Origin: an uncultured Gammaproteobacteria bacterium
Lineage (GTDB): Bacteria; Pseudomonadota; Gammaproteobacteria; Pseudomonadales; JAHEGP01
Reading direction: 5' to 3'
NCBI GenBank assembly: GCA_963722805.1
Contig: CAVROQ010000033.1
Coordinates: 198,619 to 262,618, forward strand
DNA: 64,000 nucleotides
Every line of letters begins with the position of its first letter. Within the stretch, counting starts at the first letter, position 1. The notes beneath the pieces were generated by a model. That model was not told the DNA's origin. It ran no database searches and saw only the letters and a list, made by a program, of their open reading frames with translations. The position numbers and the translations under genes are program-made. Positions 63,068 through 64,000 of the stretch are shown here, one piece after another.

Positions 63068-63781
63068 GTGGTTGCGAAGTTTTTCTATTGTGCGCTGTTC
63101 AACCGGTTTACCCCGTGGCCGGGTGCGTGCGTTGGTATGCTGCTGGTGCTGTGCATAAGCGCCTGCACGGCCAGCAATGTGGCTGTGGAGGAACGCAGTA
63201 AAACCGCATATCGTCCTGACTCCCAGGACGGCAATGTATACCTGGTAAAACGCGGTGATACCTTGTCGAGCGTTGCCCGGCGCTTTGATGTCAGCGTCGG
63301 CGCGCTGCAGTCCGTCAATCGCTTATCCCAGCCCGACCAGCTCGACGTCGGCGATCGCTTGGCGCTACCTCCGGGTGCTCGCCTGACGCCGCCCGGGGCA
63401 CACTCCTTGATATGGCCGCTGACGGGTTTTACTCTCACCTCTGCTTTTGGCAGTAGAAACGGCAGGCATAAAGGTGTTGATTTATATGCTGTAAAAGGCA
63501 CGCCAATAAGAGCGGTAGCCGATGGTGTGGTGCATTTTTCTGGGCGCCAAAGCGGCTATGGCCGGGTGGTCATCGTGCAGCATGCCAATAACGTTAGAAC
63601 CCTGTACGCTCATAATCATAGAAACAAGGTCAAAGCAGGCCAGCGCGTGGTGCGCGGGCAGACAATCGCCACTGTCGGCAAGTCGGGCAACGCCTCTGGC
63701 TATCACCTGCATTTTGAATATATCCGCGCCGGTCGCCCGCTTGACCCTCAGTTATATCTACCCCGCGTCGCCATGCGCTAG
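63068..63781 (+). CDS. LysM-domain M23 metallopeptidase lipoprotein (NlpD-like)
   Basis: 237 aa. Lipobox LCISAC. LysM block YLVKRGDTLSSVARRFDVSVGALQSVNRL. M23 blocks HKGVDLYAVKGTPIRAVADG and GYHLHFEY. Confidence 0.85.
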   Translation: MVAKFFYCALFNRFTPWPGACVGMLLVLCISACTASNVAVEERSKTAYRPDSQDGNVYLVKRGDTLSSVARRFDVSVGALQSVNRLSQPDQLDVGDRLALPPGARLTPPGAHSLIWPLTGFTLTSAFGSRNGRHKGVDLYAVKGTPIRAVADGVVHFSGRQSGYGRVVIVQHANNVRTLYAHNHRNKVKAGQRVVRGQTIATVGKSGNASGYHLHFEYIRAGRPLDPQLYLPRVAMR

Positions 63782-63833
63782 CCAGAATGTTGCATTATCC
63801 GGGCCCGCTGGCCAGGCCTGAAGCTGGCGGGGC

Positions 63834-64000
63834 TTAGAACGGATGGCCGACCATAACCCAGGCGTTAGTGCCCTCGTCGGAATGGGCCATGTCAAAGCGC
63901 ACGACTACACCTGCGGTTAAGGCTCGCAGTGAAAAGCCAATGTCTGATTTCCAGTCTTTGAGCAAGTCGCCGGAAGTGTAAGAGGGGCCGACACGGCCAC
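63834..64000 (-). CDS. C-terminal fragment of an outer membrane beta-barrel protein (possibly Omp85/surface-antigen family)
   Basis: Hand translation of the minus strand ends ...VVRFDMAHSDEGTNAWVMVGHPF* with a terminal aromatic residue. The gene continues beyond the window. Confidence 0.3.
   Translation of the reverse strand, partial: GRVGPSYTSGDLLKDWKSDIGFSLRALTAGVVVRFDMAHSDEGTNAWVMVGHPF

Noticed and set aside
1-64000. Mobile genetic element or genomic island boundaries (integrase, transposase, tRNA, direct repeats)
   Set aside because: No such genes or tRNA-like sequences were recognised on either strand. Island-like character is inferred only from gene content.

Overview
GC-rich bacterial chromosomal segment, probably from a marine gammaproteobacterium (taxon is inference only). 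It holds about 55 protein genes. I found no rRNA, tRNA, CRISPR array, integrase or transposase. Layout: (1) 1-10.2 kb is a minus-strand operon for a complete Mtr-type extracellular electron transfer conduit: a CymA/NapC-like tetraheme, a 9-heme protein fused to an EB_dh/DOMON-like domain, an MtrA-like decaheme, an MtrB-like porin and two tandem MtrC/OmcA-like lipoprotein decahemes. The last decaheme runs off the left edge and is missing from the ORF track. (2) 10.5-24.4 kb holds a GT2 glycosyltransferase, an operon of etfA, a DUF35 protein, a thiolase and a membrane FeS oxidoreductase, an amidohydrolase, an acyl-CoA ligase, a 4.6-copy 180-bp tandem repeat, and orphan XdhC/MocA-like genes. (3) 24.4-28.2 kb holds the only transcription factor in the window (AraC family), a glutamate decarboxylase and a K+ channel. 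(4) 28.6-60.3 kb is a dense acyl-CoA catabolic island with nine family III (CaiB/BaiF) CoA-transferase genes. One is a DddD-like two-domain fusion, one looks alpha-methylacyl-CoA-racemase-like, and one appears domain-permuted with an in-frame 15-bp repeat. The island also has 2 acyl-CoA dehydrogenases, 3 crotonases, a MaoC hydratase pair, a second thiolase/DUF35 pair, etfB, FadH-like, KstD-like, LLM, NMO and amidohydrolase genes. (5) 60.5-64 kb holds rhodanese/DUF2892, a disrupted lipase gene, a LysM-M23 peptidase and a partial outer membrane protein gene. The most notable non-coding result is a conserved 72-bp promoter architecture found three times. It ties together the etfA operon, the ligase operon and a 10-kb CoA-transferase operon. 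Every functional call rests on motif reading by eye and gene context. No database search was possible.
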